From the sequence record SRR22947725_618: a DNA stretch of 33,875 nucleotides; one strand, given 5' to 3'. Below, piece by piece: positions 15,554 through 25,233 of the stretch; the stretch's first letter is position 1; each line of letters starts with the position of its first letter. The position numbers and the translations under genes are program-made. The notes beneath the pieces are model-generated. The model was not told the DNA's origin. It saw only the letters and a list, made by a program, of their open reading frames with translations, and searched no databases.

Positions 15554-18514
15554 TTAAACGTTATCCAAAGTTGATTTGTAAGACTTGCTCATCTTGCCAA
15601 GTTTAACGGCTGATTCAATGTGCTTTCCTTGACGGAATACAAGCTCATCATCTAATGTCACCTGACCAACGCATGCACATGGCAGGCCTTCAAAAAGCTT
15701 TTCAAATTCAGCAGCAGACTCTTCGGCAATAGTAACTACAAAACGCGAATTCGATTCAGAGAAAAGAAGCTCCTGAGCTGTGAGATCATCAGCCGGCACC
15801 TTATTTAAATCGACATCAAGACCAAGCTGACCGGCAATGGCGACTTTAGCAAAAGCCACCGCAAGACCACCAAGGGCTGGCGTGTGAACCGAGTGGCAAA
15901 GCTCATTCTCGGTAGCCGCAGATAGCGCATTATAGATAGAAATTGCGTAATCAGCATCAACTTTCGGTACACTGTTACCAATAGCACCTTTAAGTATGCT
16001 GTACTGACTACCGCCAAGTTCAGCTTTCGTATCACCGACTACGTAAACCAAGTCTCCTGCTCTTTTCGCTGAAAGAGTTACAGACTTTTCGATGTTATCC
16101 ATCTTAGCAATTGTCGAGTATAGAACTGTCGGTGGTATAGAAATCTTCTTACCGCCTTTAGTACTGTCATTCTTCATACTGTCTTTACCGGAAATAAGCG
16201 GCACACTGAAAGCTTTACTATAGTCATAAAGAGCTTTGTTTGCTCTTACTAACTGAGCCATTTTGTATTGACCATCTGGAGTCTTATCGCTCTCAACTGG
16301 ATCAGGCCAACAGAAGTTATCTAAACCAGCGATGTGACCAAGTTTACCACCAACTGCGATAGTACGGCGAATCGCTAGATCCATAACTGAAGCCATCATG
16401 TGGTATGTATCGATATCCGAGTAACCTGGAGCTATACCAGCTGAAAGAACAATCCCTTCAGTACTTAGTGGCTCAGGCATAAAGACCGAGGCATCTGTGA
16501 TAACATCTGAGTTAACACCGACGTAAGGCTTAATAACACTGAGTCCTTTAACTTCGTGGTCATACTGACGACACTTAAATTCGTTCGAAGTGATATTGAG
16601 GCTCTCAAGAAGCTCAACGACATCATCAGAAATATCAGAATCATCAAATTCTGGCTCTGGATGCGTTGGTGGATCCCATTTTGCAGGGATGACCATTCTC
16701 GGTAAACCTTCATGCATAAATTCAAGATCGAGGTAACAAACTGTCTTGTCTTCGTAAGTAATATGGAATTTACCAGTGTCTGTAAATGTACCAAGGTTAC
16801 TGATTTCAACATCGCGCTGAGCTGCAAGAGCCGCGAATTCTGCCATCTTCTCAGGTTGAACGGCAAAGCTCATTCTTTCCTGAGCTTCAGAAACAAGAAT
16901 TTCCCAAGGCTGAAGACCGGCGTATTTAACTGGAGCTTTAGAAAGGTCCATATGACAACCACCACACTGAGTACTCATCTCACCAATACTCGATGAAAGG
17001 CCACCAGCGCCGTTGTCAGTTACGAAACGGTAAAGACCAAGGTCTCTGGCTTCGATAACAAAGTCATACATTTTTTTCTGAGTGATAGGGTCACCAATCT
17101 GAACGGCTTGAACAGGTGAATCCTTGTGAAGCTCTTCACTTGAGAAAGTAGCACCGTGAATACCGTCTTTACCAATTCTACCACCAGTCATAACGATGAA
17201 GTCACCAGGGATAATTGATTTATCTGCACCAGATTGGCCATGAATCTGACGAGGCAGAAGACCAACAGTACCACAGTAAACTAGAGGCTTACCGATATAA
17301 CGCTTATCGAAGTATTCCCAACCTAAACCGTAAGGAACGCCACTCTGGTTACCACCGTCGATAACACCTTGATGAACACCATCGCGAATACGTCTTGGGT
17401 GAAGTAGGCCTTCTGGCACATCTTCTTTAGGTGCAAATGGTGAACCTAGGCAGTAGCCCCAAGTATTAATAAGAAGTTCAGAACCAATACCAGTACCTAG
17501 TGGGTCGCGGTTTACACCAACGATACCAGTCATCGCACCGCCGTAGGGATCAAGTGCTGAAGGACTGTTATGAGTTTCTGCTTTGTAGACAAGATCGTAT
17601 TTGTCATTGAAACTAATTACACCGGCGTTGTCATGAAAAACTGAAACAAGCCAGTCGACTTCTTCTGATATTTCTTCTGTTGACTTTTTGATGTAACTTT
17701 TGAAAAGACTTGTGATAGTCTCTTCATTGCCATTTTCATCAGTGTAGTTGACGATGGCATCAAAAATTTTGTGCTTACAGTGTTCTGACCAAGTTTGAGC
17801 TAAGCACTCAAGTTCTGCATCTGTAATTTTACCTTCGAGACCTAATTCTTTGCGCTTAGGATCATCTGAGGCTTTGCGGATGTATTCTTGAATTATTTTC
17901 ATTTCTCTAAGAGTCAGAGCAAGAGTCTTCTCTTTAGAAGTTGTTTCTAGCTCTTCATCAGAAATCTCAAGAGTTAGAAGGTTGACTTCTGGCTCTGTTG
18001 CACTTTCGATAAGTGGTAAATTTTCAGGTGCGCCATTTGACTTCCACTCGTCTTGTGAGAGAACTGTAACACTCTCGATAAGAACATTACCAAGAAGTTC
18101 ACTACCTACTTTTTCAGCTTGTTCGCGAGTCAAGTTTGGTGCTGTAATAAAAAATTCACGGGAACTAAAAATATGCTCATCTTCTTCAAGTTGACGACCA
18201 ATGATGTCACCAACAGCTTCACGAGCTGAACGAGCAACGTTATCTGTAACTCCAGAAAGGAAACCGATAGCGATATACCAATCAAATTGACGATCCGTAA
18301 CTTGACCAACAATACCGTCTTGTAAGACAGGATTGATAATTTCTGATGCTACCTTAGAAATATCTGCTTCGCTAAAGTCAGCTTTGATAGTCAAAACATC
18401 TGATTTAGATGCACTTTCGATACTAAATCCAAAATACTGAGACGCTTGCTCTATAAGCTTGGCCGTTCCCTCGGCGACTCCTGCTCGAGGAGTCATTTCA
18501 AGTCTATATACCAT
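15554..18514 (-). CDS. purL: FGAM synthase PurL with N-terminal PurS-like extension
   Basis: QTWSEHCKHKIF, DNAGV, KAETHNSPSA, GGAMTG, DNGAGG, SEAQERM, SGKDSM, LFSESNSRF. About 170-aa N-terminal extension containing GFLSGVTDNVA. Confidence 0.95.
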   Translation of the reverse strand: MVYRLEMTPRAGVAEGTAKLIEQASQYFGFSIESASKSDVLTIKADFSEADISKVASEIINPVLQDGIVGQVTDRQFDWYIAIGFLSGVTDNVARSAREAVGDIIGRQLEEDEHIFSSREFFITAPNLTREQAEKVGSELLGNVLIESVTVLSQDEWKSNGAPENLPLIESATEPEVNLLTLEISDEELETTSKEKTLALTLREMKIIQEYIRKASDDPKRKELGLEGKITDAELECLAQTWSEHCKHKIFDAIVNYTDENGNEETITSLFKSYIKKSTEEISEEVDWLVSVFHDNAGVISFNDKYDLVYKAETHNSPSALDPYGGAMTGIVGVNRDPLGTGIGSELLINTWGYCLGSPFAPKEDVPEGLLHPRRIRDGVHQGVIDGGNQSGVPYGLGWEYFDKRYIGKPLVYCGTVGLLPRQIHGQSGADKSIIPGDFIVMTGGRIGKDGIHGATFSSEELHKDSPVQAVQIGDPITQKKMYDFVIEARDLGLYRFVTDNGAGGLSSSIGEMSTQCGGCHMDLSKAPVKYAGLQPWEILVSEAQERMSFAVQPEKMAEFAALAAQRDVEISNLGTFTDTGKFHITYEDKTVCYLDLEFMHEGLPRMVIPAKWDPPTHPEPEFDDSDISDDVVELLESLNITSNEFKCRQYDHEVKGLSVIKPYVGVNSDVITDASVFMPEPLSTEGIVLSAGIAPGYSDIDTYHMMASVMDLAIRRTIAVGGKLGHIAGLDNFCWPDPVESDKTPDGQYKMAQLVRANKALYDYSKAFSVPLISGKDSMKNDSTKGGKKISIPPTVLYSTIAKMDNIEKSVTLSAKRAGDLVYVVGDTKAELGGSQYSILKGAIGNSVPKVDADYAISIYNALSAATENELCHSVHTPALGGLAVAFAKVAIAGQLGLDVDLNKVPADDLTAQELLFSESNSRFVVTIAEESAAEFEKLFEGLPCACVGQVTLDDELVFRQGKHIESAVKLGKMSKSYKSTLDNV

Positions 18515-18538
18515 AAATTATCTTCTCTTTAATTACTC

Positions 18539-18985
18539 TTATTTATCTTTCATCAAAGGTATGCAATAACTGCAATAGCCAAAAATCTGTAAACTGTGTC
18601 TCTTGATCTCAAAACCCAATTTCTTGCATACTTCGATTTGTTTACGCTCAATATCATCATCGACAAACTCAATAACCTTGTCGCAATTCAGGCAAACTAA
18701 ATGATCATGATGCTGCCGGCCTACCATATTTTCATAATGCTGGTGTTTATGCCCCAAAGTCGCTTTGTGAACAACTCCAATTTCATGTAAAATATCCAAC
18801 GTTCTATAAACCGTAGCTCTAGATACTTTTAAACCTGCAGTTCTCATTTCAGCTGCTAATTCATCAGCATCGAAATGGTCTCGACGTTTGAGGACTTCCG
18901 CAAGAATTACTTTTCTCTCAGAAGTGTATTTCAAACCTTCTTTTCTCAGGTAATCCTTAAAACTATCAAATACCGCATCACTCAT
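18539..18985 (-). CDS. Fur-family transcriptional regulator
   Basis: GLKYTSER..IL, HFDADEL, VSRATVYRTL, HHDHLVCLNC, HSLQIFGYCSYC. Start set to ATG 18985 (MSDAVF), 16 nt after the bamA stop. Confidence 0.93.
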   Translation of the reverse strand: MSDAVFDSFKDYLRKEGLKYTSERKVILAEVLKRRDHFDADELAAEMRTAGLKVSRATVYRTLDILHEIGVVHKATLGHKHQHYENMVGRQHHDHLVCLNCDKVIEFVDDDIERKQIEVCKKLGFEIKRHSLQIFGYCSYCIPLMKDK

Positions 18986-19001
18986 AAATCTACTCGTTGA
19001 C

Positions 19002-21287
19002 TTAAAATTGATATCCAAAATTAAAATGTAAACGACCATTACTATCACGATCATTGACGTTATGAATTGGTATACCGTAATCAAGTCTCAGCATACCAAT
19101 CGGTAAATCTAGCCTTACACCTAAACCTGTTGTCACATTTATATCTGATGGGTCCCATGCATATGAAGAACTCCAGACATTACCGGCATCAAAAAACCAG
19201 GCGCCATTAACTCGCTTAAAAAGAGGCACATCTATCTCTGCTGTTCCCAAAAGTAAAGAATTACCTCCGAGTTCATCACCATTCCTATCTAACGGCCCAA
19301 CCTTCCTGTGTTTGTAACCTCTTAATGTGCCAAGTCCACCAGTGAAAAAACGATCATAAATAGGCACATCATCAACAGCATCGGTCACGCCAATTTCACC
19401 ACCAATCTTAATGACTGACTCATCAAAAACTGAAAAATACTCTGAACCCGAGATACGCAATTTATAAGAATCATTATCACTGCCTATCGCAATGGTTTGA
19501 AATTCGGTTGAAATTTGAATCTTGCCACCACGTGTCGGTCTTCTTAAACTGTCGCGAGTATCCTTAGTAAAGTTAAAGAAGGCCGCTGATACTAGATCCT
19601 CAACTTCTTCATCTTTAAGCTCTTGAGAGGCATCGCTCTCTACGCTTACATCTACTATTTCAAGCTTCATGCCTCGAGTGAAACGCCACCCTGGAAACTC
19701 TTTCATTGCTGAAGTCAAAGATGCTGATGCACCTATTCGCTCTTCTTCCATCTCATCATAAAATCTCGTAGCGTAGTAACCACTGATAGAAAGACTTAGA
19801 GGCTTATTGTTTAACCATGGCTCAACAAAAGAAATCTCTGCACGGCTTCTCGAAGTACCGCCCTCAATAGAAGCACGTAACTTCTGACCACCACCTGTGT
19901 AGGGCCAATCTTCACTAATGTCGAAGTTTGATTGTTGGACACCAACAGAACCGACAAAGCTAGATGCACTCGATACTCCAGCTCCAAAATTCAAACGCCC
20001 AGTTTCCTGCTCTTCAACCTTAACGGTAAGGTCTTTCTGCCCATCATTGCCCGTATCACTAGGAATAATCTCTGCAGATTTGAAATAACCCAATCCCATA
20101 AGACGGTTTTTACTCTTGTCAATTAAAAGCTTATTGGATAAATCTGTCGGCTGAATCGCTAATTCACGGCGAATTACATGGTCCTTTGTAATTGAGTTTC
20201 CGGTAATTTTGATGTTACGAATTACTGAAGGAACACCTTCATAAATGTGATATTCAACATCTACCTCAAGTTTCTCCGTATTCGGCTTCAAAATTGTTCG
20301 GCAACTGAATTCTAAATACCCCAGATTATTGTACTTCTCTGTCAAGCGACGGATATCCATCTTTTCTACATCGCGGTTGTATAGTAATTCTGGAGCGGCA
20401 TCCAAAAGAGGGCGTAATTCAGATTCTTGAAAAACATTTTTCTTTTCTTTCTTGCCTGGCATATTCATCCAATGCATAGACACATTCTTGACTAGATAAG
20501 GCTCACCCTCTTTAACATAGAGAACTAAATTTATGTATTCATCCTCAATAACGCGCTCTACATCCAGAATTTCAAAATCTAAATAACCCTTAGCTTCGTA
20601 TTTGCTCTGTAACTGCTCTTGATCATATCTAAAAAGTTCTTCATTTAGGAAACCAGTATCAAAAAAGTAACGCCAAAAACTAGGCTGAGTTTTCATTTCG
20701 CCGATAAGGTCATCAGGATCAAATACTGAAACACCGACTAAAGTGACACTATCAACCTGGTACGACTTCTCTTCTTTAATGTCAAAAACTACACGGACTT
20801 CACCAGGCTGCTCTGTTTCTTCCGTAACAATTTCGACTTGAGTATTAAAGTTACCATTTTCAGCATATTTCTCAAAAATTTTAGCTTTATCTTTAGCTAA
20901 CTGTTCCATATCCATCGGTACTTGTAACTGATGCTCCACCTGATCTTCAAGCTTATCTTCACTAATTTCGTTATTACCTCTAAAAGTAATCTCAGCAACT
21001 GTAACGTTTAATGTCAATGTAAATACTAATTCATACTCGCCGTCAACTACGGTGACCTTAGCCTTTACATCTTTGACTTTTTTCGTCTTGTAAATCCTCT
21101 TAATATCATCAGTGACTTTCTTTTGTGAAAATTCACTACCCGGCTTTATGTTTATTTGATTAATAAACATTTCGTAGGGGATAGGGTTGGCCTTATTGTC
21201 CACAAAAGTGACTCGGCTTATCTCATAAGCCTGAGTCATTGTCGACATTGATAAAAATATAACTAAAATAAACGAAAAATTCTTCAT
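19002..21287 (-). CDS. bamA: Outer membrane protein assembly factor BamA
   Basis: Signal peptide, POTRA motifs (ITGNSITKDHVIRREL, LGYF), barrel motifs GGGQKL, EPW, LRGY, DYG, terminal FNFGYQF. Start ATG 21287 with AAGGA SD. Confidence 0.95.
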   Translation of the reverse strand: MKNFSFILVIFLSMSTMTQAYEISRVTFVDNKANPIPYEMFINQINIKPGSEFSQKKVTDDIKRIYKTKKVKDVKAKVTVVDGEYELVFTLTLNVTVAEITFRGNNEISEDKLEDQVEHQLQVPMDMEQLAKDKAKIFEKYAENGNFNTQVEIVTEETEQPGEVRVVFDIKEEKSYQVDSVTLVGVSVFDPDDLIGEMKTQPSFWRYFFDTGFLNEELFRYDQEQLQSKYEAKGYLDFEILDVERVIEDEYINLVLYVKEGEPYLVKNVSMHWMNMPGKKEKKNVFQESELRPLLDAAPELLYNRDVEKMDIRRLTEKYNNLGYLEFSCRTILKPNTEKLEVDVEYHIYEGVPSVIRNIKITGNSITKDHVIRRELAIQPTDLSNKLLIDKSKNRLMGLGYFKSAEIIPSDTGNDGQKDLTVKVEEQETGRLNFGAGVSSASSFVGSVGVQQSNFDISEDWPYTGGGQKLRASIEGGTSRSRAEISFVEPWLNNKPLSLSISGYYATRFYDEMEEERIGASASLTSAMKEFPGWRFTRGMKLEIVDVSVESDASQELKDEEVEDLVSAAFFNFTKDTRDSLRRPTRGGKIQISTEFQTIAIGSDNDSYKLRISGSEYFSVFDESVIKIGGEIGVTDAVDDVPIYDRFFTGGLGTLRGYKHRKVGPLDRNGDELGGNSLLLGTAEIDVPLFKRVNGAWFFDAGNVWSSSYAWDPSDINVTTGLGVRLDLPIGMLRLDYGIPIHNVNDRDSNGRLHFNFGYQF

Positions 21288-21300
21288 AACATTCCTTGGT

Positions 21301-22725
21301 CTAAATATCTGGTACATCATCTTCTGAGATTCTGCTTTTATCCTGAAATAAAGTAAAAGCCGGTAGGAAAACCAAGTCTACTATACCGGTTTCTCCATTT
21401 CTGTGTTTAGCAACAATAAGCTCTGATTCAAGCCCATTCCTTGCCATTTCTTGTTGATCCCCTTCTTGCTGCAACTCACGCTCTCTATGAAGAATTGCAA
21501 CAATATCCGCATCCTGCTCAATAGCGCCAGATTCACGAAGGTGGGATAGTTTAGGACGAACCCCTCCTTGCTCCGCTTGTCTATTCAACTGAGCTAAAAT
21601 TAAAATGGGTACATCAAGTTCTTTCGCTAAAGCCTTAATACCACCAGACATTTGAGCGACTTCTTGTTCTCGACTGGTCGAACTACCACCTGCACCTTTC
21701 ATTAACTGAAGGTAGTCGATAACAATAAATTGTATATCATGTTTTTCTTTCATGCGGCGTGCTTTGGCGCGCATTTCAATAACATCTAACTGACCTGTAT
21801 CATCGATATAAATTTGCGCTTTGCGCAATTTATCGGCAGCATTTGTTATCTGCACCCAACGTGCATGGCTTAAAACGCCTTGCTTAAATTCTCTTAAATT
21901 AATTCTTGCTTCACTACACAAAAGTCTTAATACAAGTGAGAGTGTATTCATTTCCAGACTAAAAATACCAACACCCTTTTCGGCACGTAAAGCAACATTG
22001 GCGGCAATATTTAAAGCAAAGGCTGTTTTACCAATAGAAGGTCGTGCAGCAAGGACGATCATATCACCGCCCTTAAGCCCGGTTATCATATTATCCAGAT
22101 CGCGATAGCCTGTCGGAATTCCAACAGCATCTCCAGTCTGTTCATTTAGCTGTAGTAAGTAATCGATTGCTGGCTTCATAAAATCAGCAATAGAAGCGGC
22201 ATCTTTACCAGTCTGTAAATTAGCGACTTCCGAAATTTCCTGCTGGACTTCATCTAGGAGAAGGTTGACCTGACCTTCTGAATCAAAACATTTTTGAATA
22301 ACATCAGATGAAGCTCTGATGAGACGGCGAAGTACGGCATATTCGTGAACTATCTTTACATAGTTTTCAATATTCGCGGTCGTAGGGATCACATTCATTA
22401 ACTCAGCTAAGTAGGCATCGCCACCGACTGCAGTTAATTTATTTTTTAAATTGAGACATTCACTGACTGTGATGAGATCAATCGGTTGGCCTTCCCCTTC
22501 TGACGGGTTAGCCATTTTAATAATTGTCGAAAAAATTGTTTGATGAGCAGCGGAATAAAAGGCTCCATCAAAATTTAAACGAATAGCCGCCTCCTTCAAT
22601 GTATCTGGATCGGTCAATATACAACCGAGTACTGCCTTTTCGGCATCCAAATTATGCGGCATGGGTCTATCCCCAGTAAGGAGAGGACCAACGCCGCTGT
22701 TAAGAGTAGGAGGCGGCTTTTTCAC
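21301..22725 (-). CDS. dnaB: Replicative DNA helicase
   Basis: PHNLDAEKAVLG, LAARPSIGKT, FSLEM, IDYLQLM, LAQLNR, LRESGAIEQDAD, AKHRNGETG. GTG start 3 nt after rplI; a later ATG is possible. Confidence 0.97.
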   Translation of the reverse strand: MKKPPPTLNSGVGPLLTGDRPMPHNLDAEKAVLGCILTDPDTLKEAAIRLNFDGAFYSAAHQTIFSTIIKMANPSEGEGQPIDLITVSECLNLKNKLTAVGGDAYLAELMNVIPTTANIENYVKIVHEYAVLRRLIRASSDVIQKCFDSEGQVNLLLDEVQQEISEVANLQTGKDAASIADFMKPAIDYLLQLNEQTGDAVGIPTGYRDLDNMITGLKGGDMIVLAARPSIGKTAFALNIAANVALRAEKGVGIFSLEMNTLSLVLRLLCSEARINLREFKQGVLSHARWVQITNAADKLRKAQIYIDDTGQLDVIEMRAKARRMKEKHDIQFIVIDYLQLMKGAGGSSTSREQEVAQMSGGIKALAKELDVPILILAQLNRQAEQGGVRPKLSHLRESGAIEQDADIVAILHRERELQQEGDQQEMARNGLESELIVAKHRNGETGIVDLVFLPAFTLFQDKSRISEDDVPDI

Positions 22726-22728
22726 AGT

Positions 22729-23178
22729 TTAGGCTTTAACAACCCAAACTTTGAGAGTCGCAGCAACTTCTTTATGAAGTTTAACTGTGACTTCGTGAAC
22801 ACCAAGAGTCTTAATAGGCTCTGGTAAATCGATACATTTACGCTCGATGTCGAAACCTTCTTCTTCAAGAAGGCGAGCTACTTCGATACTGGTAACAGAA
22901 CCGAAAAGCTTCTCATCTTCACCAACCTGCATAGGAACAGTAACTGAAGTTTCAGCAACTTTAGCTGCTACTTCGTTTGCTGCTGCTACTTGTTCTTCGT
23001 ACTGTGCTTGAACGATAGCTTTGCGAGATGCAAGCTGACGCTCGATAGCTTTACTTGCATGTACTGCAAGTCCTTGTGGAAGAAGGTAGTTACGAGCATA
23101 ACCGTCTGCAACCTTTACACTATCACCGACAGTACCAAGATTATCGACATTATCCATTAAAATTAATTCAATAGCCAT
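22729..23178 (-). CDS. rplI: 50S ribosomal protein L9
   Basis: LGTVGDSVKVADGYARNYLLP, KLFGSVT, PIKTLG. Confidence 0.98.
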   Translation of the reverse strand: MAIELILMDNVDNLGTVGDSVKVADGYARNYLLPQGLAVHASKAIERQLASRKAIVQAQYEEQVAAANEVAAKVAETSVTVPMQVGEDEKLFGSVTSIEVARLLEEEGFDIERKCIDLPEPIKTLGVHEVTVKLHKEVAATLKVWVVKA

Positions 23179-23190
23179 TATTTACCTTCC

Positions 23191-23424
23191 TTATTTAACA
23201 AGAGCGATGTTGCGGGCTTTTTTGATAGCCTGAGCAAGCATTGCTTGATGCTTTTTACTAGTTCCGGTAATACGGCGAGGAAGAATTCTTCCACCTTCAG
23301 TTTGGAACTTCCTAAGAAGGTCCGCATCTTTAAAATCAACGTAATTAACGTTCTGTTCTGTAAAACGACAAGATTTTACTCTAACTGTCTTTTTACGACG
23401 CTTTCTTTTTTTATTGAATGCCAT
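23191..23424 (-). CDS. rpsR: 30S ribosomal protein S18
   Basis: VDFKDADLL.KF.TEGGRILPRRITG, AIKKAR.IAL. Confidence 0.97.
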   Translation of the reverse strand: MAFNKKRKRRKKTVRVKSCRFTEQNVNYVDFKDADLLRKFQTEGGRILPRRITGTSKKHQAMLAQAIKKARNIALVK

Positions 23425-23454
23425 GATAAGTTTTCCTGTTATTCAAAGTTTCTA

Positions 23455-24051
23455 TTAAAATGGTATATCATCTTCTGCTTCAGTATTGAACTCCGGCATT
23501 GGCGGAGGGTCAAACGAAGGAGCCGGTGCTGCATTAGTAGAAGCCGGCTGAACTGGAGTTGCTTGCTGCTGATTATAAGGAGCTTGAGCGACAGGCTGCT
23601 GAGTTGGAGCTTGCTGAACTGGAGCTGCCGCAGGGGCTGCTGGTTGTTGAGCTTGCTGATAACTATTTGCCTGAGGTGCTGGTGCCTGATTATTATCAGG
23701 TTGAGCATTATTTCTCTGAGGTGAACCCAAAAAACGAACTGACTCGGCTGACACAGAGTGACGGCTACGGTTCTGTCCACTGTTTTTATCTGTCCATGTT
23801 TCAAACCTTAAAACGCCCTCAACAAAAACTGGTGCGCCTTTGCGCAGGTAATTGTTACTGGACTCGGCTTGCTTTCCCCAAACTGACACATCAATAAAAC
23901 AAGTATCGTCACGCATTTCGCCTGACTGAGTCTTGTAAGACCTGTTGACCGCTAATCTGAGTGTACAGACTGCTGCACCGCTACCGGTGTATCTCAATTC
24001 TGGGTCTGCAGTTAAGTTCCCCATCAATAAGACTTTATTAAATGATGCCAT
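23455..24051 (-). CDS. ssb: Single-stranded DNA-binding protein
   Basis: NKVLLMGNLTADPELRYT OB fold, P/Q/A-rich linker, C-terminal DDIPF. Confidence 0.98.
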   Translation of the reverse strand: MASFNKVLLMGNLTADPELRYTGSGAAVCTLRLAVNRSYKTQSGEMRDDTCFIDVSVWGKQAESSNNYLRKGAPVFVEGVLRFETWTDKNSGQNRSRHSVSAESVRFLGSPQRNNAQPDNNQAPAPQANSYQQAQQPAAPAAAPVQQAPTQQPVAQAPYNQQQATPVQPASTNAAPAPSFDPPPMPEFNTEAEDDIPF

Positions 24052-24085
24052 GTTTTGCTCCTTAAGATTAAGCGTTTAGCTTAAA

Positions 24086-24409
24086 TTACTGGTCCAGTTG
24101 AAGTGTGCGAATTTCGCCTTTTGGCTTGTCGTCGAGTAGAACTACATGACGCAAAACATTCTCTTCAAGACGGAATTTGTCTTGGAAGTTTTCGACTTGA
24201 TCCGGAGTCATCTCGAATTCAAAACTCCAGTATAAACCGTGAGTTCTTTTACCGATAGGACGTGCAAATTGCTTGCGTCCAATACCATTTTTAGAAATGC
24301 TTTTCGCATCGCATTGTTTAAGCGATTCTTCAACCTTAGTTGAGAATGCTTCACCGCCGTCATCAAACTTGCGGTCATTCAATATAAATATTGCTTCGTA
24401 TTTTCTCAT
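24086..24409 (-). CDS. rpsF: 30S ribosomal protein S6
   Basis: MRKYEAIFIL, G.KQFARPI.K...G.Y, ENVLRH; canonical rpsF-ssb-rpsR-rplI position. Confidence 0.92.
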   Translation of the reverse strand: MRKYEAIFILNDRKFDDGGEAFSTKVEESLKQCDAKSISKNGIGRKQFARPIGKRTHGLYWSFEFEMTPDQVENFQDKFRLEENVLRHVVLLDDKPKGEIRTLQLDQ

Positions 24410-24411
24410 TT

Positions 24412-25044
24412 TTATTCCTGATTTGGTTGTTCAGAATATTTCGCTATAACGTCCCCGTTATAGTTATTCATCGCAGCTCCGTAACCTTGATCACAGAGCA
24501 TCAGCACTGCATCTGCTGTAACACTAATGACTTTCTTGAGCATATCGATTTCACAATCTGCGAAATCAGACAAGACATAGTCAGCTACAACAGCCGTTGA
24601 ATCGGGTCTACCGATCCCCATTTTTAGACGCCCATAATCGGGAGTCCCAAACCGAGCTGAAATTGATTTTATACCATTATGGCCACCACTGCCGCCGCCG
24701 AAACGGATGCGAATGCGACCAGGCTTTAAATCTAAATCGTCATAGACGACTAACACTTCTGCTGGTTTTATTTTCTCACGACGACACAAACTTCTGACTG
24801 CATCGCCACTCGAATTCATGAAAGTAATGGGCTTCTGTAAAAATACAGTTTTTCCGGAAAGACCCATTTGGCTGAAGTCACTCTTATACTTTCGTCTAAA
24901 AGATTCCCCTGCTCTTGATGCTAATTCATCAATGAGCATAAAGCCTATATTGTGTCGATTACCGGAATAAATACTCCCGGGGTTCCCCAATCCAACTATT
25001 AATTTGATCGGCAAACGTGGGTTTTCGCATAATTCTTCAGTCAT
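24412..25044 (-). CDS. pth: Peptidyl-tRNA hydrolase
   Basis: LIVGLGNPG, RHNIGF, KPITFMNSSG, YDDLDL, GGHNG, GIGRP. Start uncertain (ATG 25044 preferred over TTG 25056). Confidence 0.95.
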   Translation of the reverse strand: MTEELCENPRLPIKLIVGLGNPGSIYSGNRHNIGFMLIDELASRAGESFRRKYKSDFSQMGLSGKTVFLQKPITFMNSSGDAVRSLCRREKIKPAEVLVVYDDLDLKPGRIRIRFGGGSGGHNGIKSISARFGTPDYGRLKMGIGRPDSTAVVADYVLSDFADCEIDMLKKVISVTADAVLMLCDQGYGAAMNNYNGDVIAKYSEQPNQE

Positions 25045-25059
25045 CACTACTCTCAAAAT

Positions 25060-25095
25060 AGGCGTGGAATATAATCCTCACTTCATTTTGTGCAA
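25060..25095 (-). promoter_or_regulatory. Candidate sigma70 promoter of the pth-rpsF-ssb-rpsR-rplI operon
   Basis: Minus strand TTGCAC-16 nt-TATATT followed by GC-rich CCACGCC discriminator. Confidence 0.55.
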
Positions 25096-25233
25096 CTGCG
25101 GAATCACCTTTTTCATTAGCATAATTCTTCAATCTATTTATCACACTTTAAATAATTGACTGGACAGATATATCTGATGCTCTAATGTATGGGCACTCTA
25201 TATAAGAATACTTAAGTAAACACTAGGTTTAAA

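Noticed and set aside
18986-19084. Hydrophobic 33-aa N-terminal extension on the Fur-family ORF, suggesting a membrane-anchored Fur
   Set aside because: It overlaps the 3' end of bamA in another frame. ATG 18985 gives a normal 148-aa Fur-family protein.
21301-22725. Intein in DnaB
   Set aside because: Length (474 aa) and motif spacing are normal, with no insertion.
23191-23424. Zinc-free S18 paralog under control of the nearby Fur/Zur-like gene
   Set aside because: It lacks the full Cys set, but it sits in the core rpsF-ssb-rpsR-rplI operon, and Cys-poor primary S18 proteins are common.
23480-23720. Low-complexity P/Q/A stretch and overlapping ORFs 23245..23724, 23439..23804 and 23559..23897
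   Set aside because: This is the ordinary disordered SSB linker; the extra ORFs are shadow frames with no recognisable motifs.
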